Assembly: GCA_026397015.1 (NCBI GenBank)
Contig: JAPLVR010000005.1
Span: forward strand, 1-64,000
Length of the DNA: 64,000 bases
Reading direction: 5' to 3'
From: Candidatus Iainarchaeum sp.
Lineage (GTDB): Archaea; Iainarchaeota; Iainarchaeia; Iainarchaeales; JAAZKV01
Positions 27,807-38,221 of the stretch are shown here, piece by piece. A program made the position numbers and the translations under genes. The notes below the pieces were generated by a model. That model was given only the letters and a program-made list of their open reading frames with translations. It had not been told where the DNA came from and searched no databases. How positions within the stretch are numbered: position 1 is the first letter of the stretch; each line of letters starts with the position of its first letter.

Positions 27807-30146
27807 ATGCAAAAACTTGTTTTGTGTGCCTTATTTTTAGCCCTGTTATTGCTCTTTGTAAATGGTTATGATTGCGTGGATAGTCAGGGAAATTGGCTTC
27901 CAAATTTGGCACAGAAAATAGACCTTTCAGACTACAAAAATTGCGACGGGACGTCTCCAAAGTGTGGAGACATTGGGTTGTGCGGAAGCGCAGGAAGTTG
28001 TACTGGTACGGAGGTAACTGACGCTTGCACATATGACACGCCTTTAAAGAATCGTCCTTGTTTTAAGGGGGCAAGTGACTGCGAGAGGTGCCCATTTAGC
28101 AGCACGGTACTTTGCGGAAAAAGAGTTTACTGCGACACTTTTGGCACCCATGCATATCTTTGCACAAAACAAGACAATGGATGCAACAGCAGCTCATACT
28201 GTGCATGCACAATCCTTGGTGACTCAGCGTGTTGCAATGATTGTGGGATAAACAATTGCAATAATGATGGTGTCTGGAGCGGCTGTAGTTCAGTACTGAA
28301 TTATTATTCAGTAAATGTAACTTGCGTAGGGGGTACTCCGCTGCCCACAAGCTATTATACCTGCAGTTCTGGAACATCCGGTCAAGGAATCTGCAAGTCT
28401 GGATTACGCGATTGTGATTTGGGAGGGTGGTGGCATATTGTCGATAACCAAGTTTGTCCAAGTGTCGAAACTTGTAATGGTCTCAATGACGACTGTGATA
28501 GTTCGATTGATGAAGGAACTAATAAACTTTGCCGCGATGCAGATGGGGATGGTTATGGGAACCCAAATAATTCTATAATGACAGTTTGTACTCCTGGAGT
28601 AAGGGCAGGGGTTGGTTATGTTTGGGATTGTTCTGATTGTAATGATTCCAATCCAAGCGTGCACCCGGGGGCGCCTGAAAACGTTTGTAACGGTGTCAAT
28701 AATGATTGTGATGCTTCTTGCGACGAGGATGTCTTGCCTATCCAAAGTGATTGCGTTCAAATCGGTGAGTGTGCCGGTGCTGTTAAGCCCTGCAATTGCG
28801 GATCGTGGGGGGCCTGTTCAAAACTTCCACAAACCGAAATATGTGACGGCAACAAAGATAGGAGTTGTGATACTTATATTACAACTCACAGCCCTGTTTC
28901 AAATCCGCTTTCAGGAGGATTTGAGTGTGCGATAGACCGTTGGCTCGCAACAGACGCCACAATTTCTGGGCTTGTTTACAAAGGTGAATGCACTCCTGGC
29001 TGTAAAATCTGCATGAACAACAACGTAAACAGCCTTGTTCTTTCCAGCAATCCTGTTGACACGAATAATGTTTTTGCCCCCGCTTCGACCCAGTTCAGGG
29101 CGGATGTTTCCGCAAACAGCCCCAACAATTGTGTGATTGCTTTCAGGTACAGGCTTTTTTACAACGACGCCGATAATGTTGTTGATTGGGACGAGAACAA
29201 TTTGATTATTGGGTCTTCTTCAAAGATTCAGTATTTGGAGCATGTTTGGCGTTCTCCTATGAAGAATGATTTTGTTTCTTTTGGCTTGAAATGCATGGAT
29301 ATTAATTCCCATTACAAGGTTTCTTCCCAAGTGAGGGACCAGAAGAACGGGAGAAACATCAGCGGTTCCGCATATACTGTTAATGATTGGGTGGAGTCGA
29401 ATGTTCTCACTGTGAAAAATACCCCTCCCACAATTCCTGCCATTAGTCTTGTGAAAACAGGGTTGGGTACGGGGTCGAGCGCATTGGTTTGCACTTTGAG
29501 TGGTTCAGGAGACCCTGATGTTGATTGTAATTTTCAGATATTAACGTATTATGCGAGGATTTTTGAAGAGACTTCGCCCTCGGGCGACTTTGAGAAAACC
29601 CTTCCTGATGGAACTCTCACTTCTACTGTTCATGTGGATACGAATTATTGTTGTGAAGGATTTGCGGGCGACGGCGACTTTAATTCTTCGAGGAGAAAAA
29701 GCTGTACTTCCTATCAAGTAAGTCCTGTTCCCATACCAACTTGTGGTGATTATGGGTTACGTGCCGTTCTTGATGGTGCGCGAATAGGGGAAAACAGGGT
29801 CGATTTGGATTTCAATATTTTGTGCCTCTCGGATGCAAACATTTCTTCTGTTAAGTTCAAGGACACCGACAGCAAGGTTATTTCTGAAAACATTCTCAAC
29901 CCGCCCTTTATTTGTTCCTCTTCGGTAAAAAAAATTCTGACAGGAATGGATTCGAATGCGGAGGGAGTTTATGAAGCAATCTTTTCATATGCCGGCTTGG
30001 GCTGCACAAAATCGGTTTATTTTACAGTCATCACTCCCGAAAGCCCGATTTCGAATATGAGGGCAGTTCCGGATTCAAACTTTTTAGCCGTTTTTGTCGC
30101 GCTTCTGGTTGTGGTTGTGATTATTTCAACGGGCAAAAAGAAATAG
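27807..30146 (+). CDS. Cys-rich cell-surface protein with MopE-type putative metal-binding repeats and a VPDSN-TM anchor
   Basis: ETCNGLNDDCDSSIDEG, DADGDGYG and DCNDSNPSVHPGAPE motifs; ends VPDSNFLAVFVALLVVVVIISTGKKK. Confidence 0.85.
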   Translation: MQKLVLCALFLALLLLFVNGYDCVDSQGNWLPNLAQKIDLSDYKNCDGTSPKCGDIGLCGSAGSCTGTEVTDACTYDTPLKNRPCFKGASDCERCPFSSTVLCGKRVYCDTFGTHAYLCTKQDNGCNSSSYCACTILGDSACCNDCGINNCNNDGVWSGCSSVLNYYSVNVTCVGGTPLPTSYYTCSSGTSGQGICKSGLRDCDLGGWWHIVDNQVCPSVETCNGLNDDCDSSIDEGTNKLCRDADGDGYGNPNNSIMTVCTPGVRAGVGYVWDCSDCNDSNPSVHPGAPENVCNGVNNDCDASCDEDVLPIQSDCVQIGECAGAVKPCNCGSWGACSKLPQTEICDGNKDRSCDTYITTHSPVSNPLSGGFECAIDRWLATDATISGLVYKGECTPGCKICMNNNVNSLVLSSNPVDTNNVFAPASTQFRADVSANSPNNCVIAFRYRLFYNDADNVVDWDENNLIIGSSSKIQYLEHVWRSPMKNDFVSFGLKCMDINSHYKVSSQVRDQKNGRNISGSAYTVNDWVESNVLTVKNTPPTIPAISLVKTGLGTGSSALVCTLSGSGDPDVDCNFQILTYYARIFEETSPSGDFEKTLPDGTLTSTVHVDTNYCCEGFAGDGDFNSSRRKSCTSYQVSPVPIPTCGDYGLRAVLDGARIGENRVDLDFNILCLSDANISSVKFKDTDSKVISENILNPPFICSSSVKKILTGMDSNAEGVYEAIFSYAGLGCTKSVYFTVITPESPISNMRAVPDSNFLAVFVALLVVVVIISTGKKK

Positions 30147-30218
30147 TTTCATAAAAAGATTACTTAAACAATTTCAGGAATTCTTCTTTTTCCATTTTCA
30201 AGTCCTGTTTTATTATTT

Positions 30219-30330
30219 CAGCCTTTTTGCAAAAGGCTGGCGAAAACCACTGCCTTGAGGCAGTGGATGAAGCCTGTTGGCTTCTGTGATTAAACCAGTG
30301 GAAGCCGCACACTTTAGTGTGCGGTAATTC
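30219..30330 (+). mobile_element. REP hairpin plus IS200/IS605-end-like hairpins (non-autonomous remnant)
   Basis: CCACTGCC-TTGA-GGCAGTGG and GAAG-CCGCACAC-TTTA-GTGTGCGG-TAATTC; no transposase nearby. Confidence 0.5.
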
Positions 30331-30440
30331 GCCTTCGAGGCATAAGCCGATTGCTTCTTTTGTTCTCCAGCAGCCGCATTATTTAACACCACTTTTAGTA
30401 AAAACACCAATTTTTATTCTTTTTGGTGTTAATTGTTTTT

Positions 30441-31415
30441 ATGTTTGTTTCAAAGCGTAAGATTGGCAAAAAATATTATTTTTACTTAGAGGACCGAATA
30501 GTTGGCAAAAGAGTTAGTTTTTCTTTAGGGCGAAAAGAAGGTGTGAACAAAAAAATTGGCGGGGCCTTTGATTCTTTGGTTCAAAAAACTGCTTTAGAAA
30601 ATTTAAAGATTTCTCAAAAAAGATTTGATGTCAGTTGTTTATCTTTGAATGAATTACTTGCTCTTGAAAGGCTAAAAGTTGATTATTCGTTATTGAGAGA
30701 TTTTTTTCCCAAAGAATTTGAATCCTTTAAAGAAGATGAGTTTGTCAGGTATGCGCAAGGGAGTGCAGCTGTTGAAGGCAACTCTTTGAGTTTGCAGGAG
30801 GCAAATTTGGTTTTGAGCAAGGGGATTTCAATTTCCGGAAAAAAAGTGGATGAAATAAGGGAAATCGAGAATATGCGTTTTGCCGCAGAAGCATCAAAGA
30901 ACATAAAGGAAATAAATGAGAGGAACATAAAAAAAATTCATTCAGCAATCATGCGCGGCTTTGATGATAAAAAACCCGGGGAATATCGTGACGGCCCGAT
31001 GTTTATTACTGGTTCAACTACTAAGCCGCCTAATGCAGAACAGATTCCGAAAGAAATGGGGAAATTATTGGCTTGGCTTAACAAAAACAACGAACGTAAC
31101 CATCCGGTTGAATTAGCGGCAGAATTTCACGCTCGTTTTGAAGAAATTCACCCGTTTTTGGATGGCAACGGCAGAACGGGAAGGGAATTTCTTAATGTAA
31201 TGCTTCAAAACGCCGGTTATTCAAGAGCAATAATAAACTTGGAAAACAGGCAAAACTACGTTGTTTTGCTTGAAAGGGTCCAAGCAAACAGAGAATGCGG
31301 CAAATTTTCAAAATTTATTTATTTGTGCCTGGAAAAAAGGGCACAAGAAATAAATAATGCAATAAAAGAAAACAAACAGGCGATTCTAAAAAAACTTTTG
31401 AAAAAGGCGGGTTAA
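30441..31415 (+). CDS. Fic domain protein (class II, with N-terminal inhibitory helix)
   Basis: HPFLDGNGRTGR active-site motif; SAAVEGN matches the (S/T)xxxE(G/N) inhibitory motif. Confidence 0.92.
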   Translation: MFVSKRKIGKKYYFYLEDRIVGKRVSFSLGRKEGVNKKIGGAFDSLVQKTALENLKISQKRFDVSCLSLNELLALERLKVDYSLLRDFFPKEFESFKEDEFVRYAQGSAAVEGNSLSLQEANLVLSKGISISGKKVDEIREIENMRFAAEASKNIKEINERNIKKIHSAIMRGFDDKKPGEYRDGPMFITGSTTKPPNAEQIPKEMGKLLAWLNKNNERNHPVELAAEFHARFEEIHPFLDGNGRTGREFLNVMLQNAGYSRAIINLENRQNYVVLLERVQANRECGKFSKFIYLCLEKRAQEINNAIKENKQAILKKLLKKAG

Positions 31416-31663
31416 AATGAAAAAAATGGGTGTGAACGCATCCCACTACCAACAACGAATCTCTAACTACCAGCCAAGTGGAAAAGAGTTCGTTTTCTTT
31501 GCCGTATTTTTTGCAACACAACTAATTAACCGTAAATAGTGCCTTATTTTTGAGTGGTTTAAAAAGGCATTTGATTAGGGTTTAAAAGCTTTGCTGGTGC
31601 AAAGATGATAGTGGGTTGGGCAGCTAGGTGGCTGTTTTAATTGATTTTTTGGGGGTAATTAAG

Positions 31664-34600
31664 GTGGGTCACAAGGGTTTGGGTGAAGTTTTTTCAGTAG
31701 TATTAGTTTTAATCTTTTTAATTTCGATGTCGGCGAGCGTTTTTGCTGCAAGTGTTACTTCATCACCAAGTATTGGTGGTACAAGTGTGCATTCCCCTGG
31801 CGATGTTAATTGGTCTGGAGTAGCAAATATTTACGCGTCGGATAACGCATATGCAACTTCAACAGTTGATGACTATCAACACACACATTACTTAACCGCA
31901 ACTGGTTTTGATTTTAGTTCGATACCAACCAATGCGGTAATTACTGGAATTACTGCAACAATTGAAAGGAAAGTTAGTTCCACTTCAGGGGGTTCTGAAG
32001 TTCAAGATGATCATGTGAGAATTATAAAGGGTGGAGTGATACAAACTTCTGCTGATGATAAAGCTAGTGGCACACATTACACAACTAGTGACGTTAGTGC
32101 TATTTATGGTGGAGCAACAGACTCATGGGATGCAGGGTTAACTACCACTGACATAAAAGCCTCAAACTTTGGTATTGCTCTCGTTTCTGAAAAAGCTAAT
32201 GACGACAGTGGTAGCAGAACAGTTTCCGTCGATTATATTGCTGTTACAGTAACCTACACAATCCCGCACACAATTACAGCTTCTGCTGACGCGGGCGGAA
32301 CTATTTCGCCGAGTGGCGCAGTCTCGGTTGCGGACGGCACAAGCAAAACCTTTACAATTACTCCTACTTCGGGGAATGTTGTTTCGGACGTTCTTGTCGA
32401 CAGCGCTTCACAAGGACGAAGCAACAGTTATACATTCACCAATGTCACTACCGACCACACAATAGCGGCGAGTTTTGACGACGGATGGTATGCTCCGAAT
32501 GCGAATGTAAATAGTACGTTTGAGTATGCGGGTAGAGCGTATATATCAAACGATAGTTATGCCGACACGGACCATAGCAATAGAATTGTTGAATACACTA
32601 CATTTAACATTCCAGCAATTCCTGTCGGTGCCACAATCAACGGTATTGAAGTGGCTCTTGAAGGAAAAACAACTGGAAGAAATTTGACTGTTGCGCTCTC
32701 AAAGAATGGAGGCAGTTCATATGGAGCTACCACCTACAATACTGTGTTCGCATCTACCGATAAAACTGTAATTATAGGAAACCCATCGACTACATGGGGC
32801 CAAAGTTGGATATCGAATAATTTTACTGATGCTAATTTCAGAGTAAAGATCACGTCAGGAAGTGGTAGTTCGAGTACTGTTTCGTTGGATCAACTCCAAG
32901 TGAAAGTTTATTACACTTCGGACGCAACTCCTCCAACTATTGATCATGTTGATGACATAGTTGCGGAAGCCACAAGCGCGGAAGGCGCTTTGGTTACAAT
33001 TACTCCTCCGATGTCTCACGACGACGTGGATGGAGATATTCCATCATCTTGTGATTATGCAACGGGAACGTTCCCTTTGGGGACAACAACTGTTACTTGT
33101 CAAAAAACAGACAGTGCCGGAAACGGGCCAGTTTTTGAAATATTTACCGTAACGGTGCAGGATACTACAGATCCTGTTTTGACCGTTCCTTCTGATATTA
33201 CTGAAGAGGCGGTTTCTGCTGCAGGAAACAATGTTTCGTTTTCAGTGAGTGCGACGGATCTTGTTGATTCTAGCGTAAGTATTGTTTGCAGTGCCAACAG
33301 CGGAGATTTGTTCCCTATTGGAACAACAACTGTAATTTGCACGGCAACAGATGATTATGCAAATTCAACAATAGAAACATTTGATATAATAGTGCAACAC
33401 TTAGCGGGGCCGGAGATCACGGTTCCTTTCGATATAACCGTTGAAGCGGATTCGTTAGGCGGCGGCACAATAGTTAATTTTAGTGCCAGCGCAAACGATG
33501 TTGTAGATGGCTCGGCAACAGTTAGCTGTGTGCCTGCTTCAGGATCAGTATTCCCGCTTGGAACGACAGTTGTTTCATGCGATTCGACTGATTTACACGG
33601 CAATACTTCAGTAAAAAAATTTAGTGTAATTGTTCAGGACACTAGCGCTCCGGTATTAGTAATCCCTGGGGACATTACTGAGGAAGCAACCTCATCAGCA
33701 GGTGCTGATGTAATATATGTTGTTACTGCGGTTGATGTGGTAGATGGTTCAACTGTGGTTGACTGTGTGCCTCTTTCAGGATCAACATTTTCTTTAGGAA
33801 CTACTACAGTAGATTGTTCAACAAGTGATGCAGCATTAAACACTGCAACAGGATCGTTTAAAGTAACAGTTGAAGACACAACTGCGCCTGACTTAACTGT
33901 TCCTGCGGATATTGTTGAAGAAGCAACTTCTCCGTTGGGGAATAATGTTTCATTCATAGTAACGGCAACGGATCTTGTTGATGATAGTGTGGATATTATT
34001 TGCACTCCAGCTAGTGGGGATTTATTTGCTATTGCAACTACTTTGGTGAGTTGTACTGCAACAGACGATTATGCAAATCCAGTAACAAAAACATTCAACG
34101 TAACCGTGCAAGATACTATTGCACCGGTTTCATACATTACTAATCCAACAGGAATCAAAACGGTTCTTGATGGAAAAGTTATAATTTCCGGAACGGCTGA
34201 GGACAGCGGTTCTGGAATAAACAGGGTTCTCATCCAGATAATGGAAGACGGCGTTTTTGTTCATTCAGGAATAGCTGACGGAACAGCCGATTGGGCATAT
34301 ACTTGGGATGCAAGAGGCCTTGCAAACGGAAAAAGTTATTTGATTAAATCGGTTGCGGTTGATAATGCAACTAACGTAGAGCCAGACGCGAACGTGTTGA
34401 TATTCAAACTTGATTATTCAACACCGACAATAGATAATGTGTATCACACAGTTGCGGGAACGAAATATGTTTTGGTTTCAGGATATCTTGATTTCCAAAA
34501 TGTTGATTACGATGTAGAAATAGTTGATTCGACAAATATCGACGGGTCTGCATTGTACACATTCCCTGTAACAACCGATGAAAACGGTTTCTTTTCAGTT

Positions 34601-37600
34601 GACATCGACACAAGCGCGTGGGATTTAAGCAATCTCTATATTGCAAAGGCTGTTGGGGGAGAAAAATACGTTTCTCCGACAGAATTGACAGGATTGTATC
34701 TGAGCTATCAAGTAGAAGCGTTGAATGCAAGAATTGATGTAACGAACGCAAGGCTTGACTTGGCAGATGCGAACATAGTCGATTTGTGGCAGTTAGCAAA
34801 AGATTTGAATGCTGTTGACCAGAATTTGCAGGATCAGATTGACGCATTGAGCGCAAGAGTGAATGACCTGAGCGGCGAAATAATAATTATTCAGGGTCAG
34901 ATTGCGGACATGAGCGTCGAAATCGGCGAGATTCAAGCTCACTTGGATTTAGTTGATGCGGATCTTACGGGAATTTGGAGTGAGATAGTAAATATTAAAG
35001 ATCAAATAGAAGCGATGAATCATGGAACAGTTAACATTGAATTTAGGCAGAATACAATGAAATTGGATGTTTCCGGTGAAGCTCCGATTGGTTCAACAAC
35101 AGTAACATTGAAATTTTTTAAATCAACCAGCCCTTCAACACAATATGGTTCGGCATATACGACTCCGGTTGTAACTAGCGGGGCAAATGGTAATGCGTAT
35201 CTTTTTACGCAAGCGAATGGAAATGCTATCAATGTATCTGCTTTCGATCCGGCAATCTACAACCTAGAAGTGTCATTTGGAATGCCCGGCGGAGGATACT
35301 TGGTTTACACGGTATTCAGTGAACTTTTGCTAATCGAAACTGAATCAAGGACAACGCAGTTGGAAATTGATGTGGACACAATCAATCAGCAAATAACTGA
35401 TTTAAATGAACAAGACGCTAATTTCCAAATACAACTAAACAATGTTTACGCGCAGTTGGCAGTTCATGACCAAAATATAATCGATTTAGCGCAATCAATT
35501 AGCGACATCAATACGGCTCTTAATTCACGAATCGATGATTTGAATTTAGAGCTAATCGCGCAGGTGGCAAGGCTCGATGCACGAATCGATGCGCTTGATG
35601 CGAGACTAACAGCATTAGAAAATATTGTAGATGCGATGAATCACGGAACAATTTCACTGAATTACAGAAAAGATTTAGACAGATTAAGAGTTAAAGGTGA
35701 GGCTCCGGAAGGCGCTGTAACCGCGATAATTCACATAAGGGATTTGGACGGGACAACTGTTCAATCAGATGTTTCTGTGACGGTTGATACGACTGACAAT
35801 TCATACACAAAGGATATTGATGTTAGTTCGTGGTCGGCGCAGGTTTACGACATCGGAGTCGAATTCAAAGACTCTGGAGACGCAACAATAGGGCAATGGG
35901 TTAATGCGCAATTTTATGCATTGGCTGTTCTTGCGGATTTCCAGGGATTTGGCTTCATTGAAGACAAAACTTTCGAGTATTTCTTGGTGTTGCCAAACAC
36001 AAGAGCAATTGCCTTTGACTTTGGGGCAATAACCGAAGGTCAATATGATTTCAATTTAGTTCTGAGCAACGGAATATCAGTAAGCCAAATGCTTTTGAGT
36101 TCGCACGTTGCGAAGTACAGCGGGCAGGAATTTAACACAAGGTTTGTGCTTCCCGAGAAAGGAAACTATTCCGCGAATTTAATTGCATATAATGGGGACA
36201 CGGCGGAAACTATTGTAAGCAACGACTTCAACATTGAAATTGTTGATATGTTCGATGCGTTAAAAGGAGAAATAAATATTTCTTCTCCGGCTTACAACGA
36301 TAACGTGTATTCAGCGCAAGCGAATACGTTCTACACAAATGAGGACTTTAATTTAGCTGCGGTAATTGGGACAACAAATCTTGGTTCCTATTGTGCAGTG
36401 AGATTAGTCGGAAATGATGAGCAATTCTTGGCCGTGCCGTCAATTGCAAACTATGTTTGTTCAACCATGGCGTTCAAAAATAGAATGCTTGGAGATCTTG
36501 AAGGGCTTTTCTTAATTTCAGTTGAAAGTCCTGTGAACAATCTTGTAAAAGCGGATTTCAATTTGGGGATTGATTATACGAAACCAAGTTTCCCAGATTC
36601 AAACGCAGAAGCAATAATGCCAGCTATTGGTGCTTTCAGCGGAGTATTGCACATTGATGTAAATACTTGGGACACTTTGTCAGGTGTTGACACGGTAGTA
36701 ATTGAAATGATTGACAAAGATACTGACGCAGTCGTTTCTTCGGCATATGCCGATTATAATGCTGCTACTGGTTTTTGGAATCACGATTTCAACACAGTAT
36801 TTTTGGGAATACCTGATGGGGCTTACGACATAAAGACAATAGTGACCGATGTTGCAGGAAACTCTGATAATAGGATTGTTGATCCGGGTGTTGACAATAC
36901 CAAGCCGGTAATCAATTCAATCGTGTTTTCAAGTAACCCAATATTAAGAAATTCAACGGTAACAGTTGACGCAAATGTTAGTGACAACTTTGCAGGGGTA
37001 AAAGAAGTTAAGGCAGTTATTACTGATGGAAGTACTGTCCAGAATTTGGTTCTTTCGAGAACAAGCGGCAGTATTTTGAGCGGTATTTGGTCTGCAGACT
37101 TTAACGTAGATACAACTTGGGATGCGGGAATATACACTATTGTTGTGGATGCAAATGATTTTGCAATACCATCAAATAGTGCTATGTCCTTGTCCGGGAA
37201 TGTAAACGTGTTGAAGAACTATTACTTCAACGTTTCCGACCAGAGCAAACAAATTGCTTCCGAAACTACCACAACATTTGCTGTTGATGGCAACTTCAGG
37301 GACGATTTGGGAAATGTTCCTGCTGCGAACACAATCTTGATAACAAGCAATGTTGTTTCCGCTGTAAGTGTTCAGTTCGACGGGAATGGTTTGTTCACAA
37401 TAACCACAAATAGTTTAAATGTGGGAACATACTACGTTGATTTGAACTACAATACAAATGATTACAACTACACTGCAAGAGCCACTTTGAGTGTAAGCAA
37501 TCCTGCTCAACCGGCAGAAACTGGCGGTGCAGGCGGAGGCAGTGGCGGGATACCATCAGCTCAAACATGCGCATCATTCACATATTCGGATTGGGGTGCG

Positions 37601-37921
37601 TGTAGTGCAAACGGACAACAGACAAGAACTGTTGTTTCTGCTTTGCCAAATGGGTGCGTAGATGGGGCTCCTGTACTAATACAGTTATGCACGCCTCCGG
37701 CAACTGGGGGAACAACTCCTGTGACTGGCGGAGAAACAACTCCGACTGGTGGAGAGACCACTCCTACTGGTGGAGAAACAACTCCTCCGGTAGCAGCTCC
37801 TCCAACCGGGCCGACTGGTCTCTTTGAATTGGGCGCCAATGCGGAAACCCTTGGAATAGGCGCACTTGCAGTGATACTGCTCGGCGGCATAGGGTATTTT
37901 GTCTGGAAAAAGAAAAAATAG
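31664..37921 (+). CDS. Giant cell-surface adhesin: HYR/Ig-like repeats, two coiled-coil stalks, TSP1-like module, Thr/Pro linker, C-terminal TM
   Basis: Signal peptide; about five DTT.P.L.VP.DI..EA...FP.GTT.V.C HYR repeats; heptad regions; PTGLF followed by TM and KKKK. GTG start inferred (ORF open from 31628). Confidence 0.85.
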   Translation: MGHKGLGEVFSVVLVLIFLISMSASVFAASVTSSPSIGGTSVHSPGDVNWSGVANIYASDNAYATSTVDDYQHTHYLTATGFDFSSIPTNAVITGITATIERKVSSTSGGSEVQDDHVRIIKGGVIQTSADDKASGTHYTTSDVSAIYGGATDSWDAGLTTTDIKASNFGIALVSEKANDDSGSRTVSVDYIAVTVTYTIPHTITASADAGGTISPSGAVSVADGTSKTFTITPTSGNVVSDVLVDSASQGRSNSYTFTNVTTDHTIAASFDDGWYAPNANVNSTFEYAGRAYISNDSYADTDHSNRIVEYTTFNIPAIPVGATINGIEVALEGKTTGRNLTVALSKNGGSSYGATTYNTVFASTDKTVIIGNPSTTWGQSWISNNFTDANFRVKITSGSGSSSTVSLDQLQVKVYYTSDATPPTIDHVDDIVAEATSAEGALVTITPPMSHDDVDGDIPSSCDYATGTFPLGTTTVTCQKTDSAGNGPVFEIFTVTVQDTTDPVLTVPSDITEEAVSAAGNNVSFSVSATDLVDSSVSIVCSANSGDLFPIGTTTVICTATDDYANSTIETFDIIVQHLAGPEITVPFDITVEADSLGGGTIVNFSASANDVVDGSATVSCVPASGSVFPLGTTVVSCDSTDLHGNTSVKKFSVIVQDTSAPVLVIPGDITEEATSSAGADVIYVVTAVDVVDGSTVVDCVPLSGSTFSLGTTTVDCSTSDAALNTATGSFKVTVEDTTAPDLTVPADIVEEATSPLGNNVSFIVTATDLVDDSVDIICTPASGDLFAIATTLVSCTATDDYANPVTKTFNVTVQDTIAPVSYITNPTGIKTVLDGKVIISGTAEDSGSGINRVLIQIMEDGVFVHSGIADGTADWAYTWDARGLANGKSYLIKSVAVDNATNVEPDANVLIFKLDYSTPTIDNVYHTVAGTKYVLVSGYLDFQNVDYDVEIVDSTNIDGSALYTFPVTTDENGFFSVDIDTSAWDLSNLYIAKAVGGEKYVSPTELTGLYLSYQVEALNARIDVTNARLDLADANIVDLWQLAKDLNAVDQNLQDQIDALSARVNDLSGEIIIIQGQIADMSVEIGEIQAHLDLVDADLTGIWSEIVNIKDQIEAMNHGTVNIEFRQNTMKLDVSGEAPIGSTTVTLKFFKSTSPSTQYGSAYTTPVVTSGANGNAYLFTQANGNAINVSAFDPAIYNLEVSFGMPGGGYLVYTVFSELLLIETESRTTQLEIDVDTINQQITDLNEQDANFQIQLNNVYAQLAVHDQNIIDLAQSISDINTALNSRIDDLNLELIAQVARLDARIDALDARLTALENIVDAMNHGTISLNYRKDLDRLRVKGEAPEGAVTAIIHIRDLDGTTVQSDVSVTVDTTDNSYTKDIDVSSWSAQVYDIGVEFKDSGDATIGQWVNAQFYALAVLADFQGFGFIEDKTFEYFLVLPNTRAIAFDFGAITEGQYDFNLVLSNGISVSQMLLSSHVAKYSGQEFNTRFVLPEKGNYSANLIAYNGDTAETIVSNDFNIEIVDMFDALKGEINISSPAYNDNVYSAQANTFYTNEDFNLAAVIGTTNLGSYCAVRLVGNDEQFLAVPSIANYVCSTMAFKNRMLGDLEGLFLISVESPVNNLVKADFNLGIDYTKPSFPDSNAEAIMPAIGAFSGVLHIDVNTWDTLSGVDTVVIEMIDKDTDAVVSSAYADYNAATGFWNHDFNTVFLGIPDGAYDIKTIVTDVAGNSDNRIVDPGVDNTKPVINSIVFSSNPILRNSTVTVDANVSDNFAGVKEVKAVITDGSTVQNLVLSRTSGSILSGIWSADFNVDTTWDAGIYTIVVDANDFAIPSNSAMSLSGNVNVLKNYYFNVSDQSKQIASETTTTFAVDGNFRDDLGNVPAANTILITSNVVSAVSVQFDGNGLFTITTNSLNVGTYYVDLNYNTNDYNYTARATLSVSNPAQPAETGGAGGGSGGIPSAQTCASFTYSDWGACSANGQQTRTVVSALPNGCVDGAPVLIQLCTPPATGGTTPVTGGETTPTGGETTPTGGETTPPVAAPPTGPTGLFELGANAETLGIGALAVILLGGIGYFVWKKKK

Positions 37922-37933
37922 TTATTTAAAACG

Positions 37934-37977
37934 ATGAAGGGGGTCGGGTTTTCCGCCCTTTCATTTCTCTTTTTTTA
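37934..37977 (+). terminator. Hairpin + T-tract terminator
   Basis: ATGAAGGGG...CCCTTTCAT stem followed by a T-rich run. Confidence 0.5.
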
Positions 37978-38181
37978 ATTAATTTCTTTCCTTTTTTTTA
38001 ATTGTTTTTTTCTTGTTCTTCTTAGTTTTTTTTAATTGCGCTTCTTTTTTTGGGGGTTACAAGGTGTAACCAAACGGAGATGAATAAAATGTCCGGTACA
38101 AATTGTACATGCCCTTTCAGTTGATACGGGGGGGAACCTTATTTTGGGACGGGTAGAGTTTGGCAGGCGCCAAAAGGTTTT

Positions 38182-38200
38182 TATATACGCAGAGTATATA
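38182..38200 (+). promoter_or_regulatory. Probable autoregulatory operator overlapping the TATA box of the TA operon
   Basis: Perfect inverted repeat TATATAC-GCAGA-GTATATA. Confidence 0.5.
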
Positions 38201-38221
38201 TTGAATGTATGGTGGTGTTGT

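Noticed and set aside
30213-30410. Short ORFs over repeat clusters (also 18537-18770, 25260-25490, 56080-56307, 40533-40748)
   Set aside because: They overlap palindromic repeats or tRNAs and show no coding signal.
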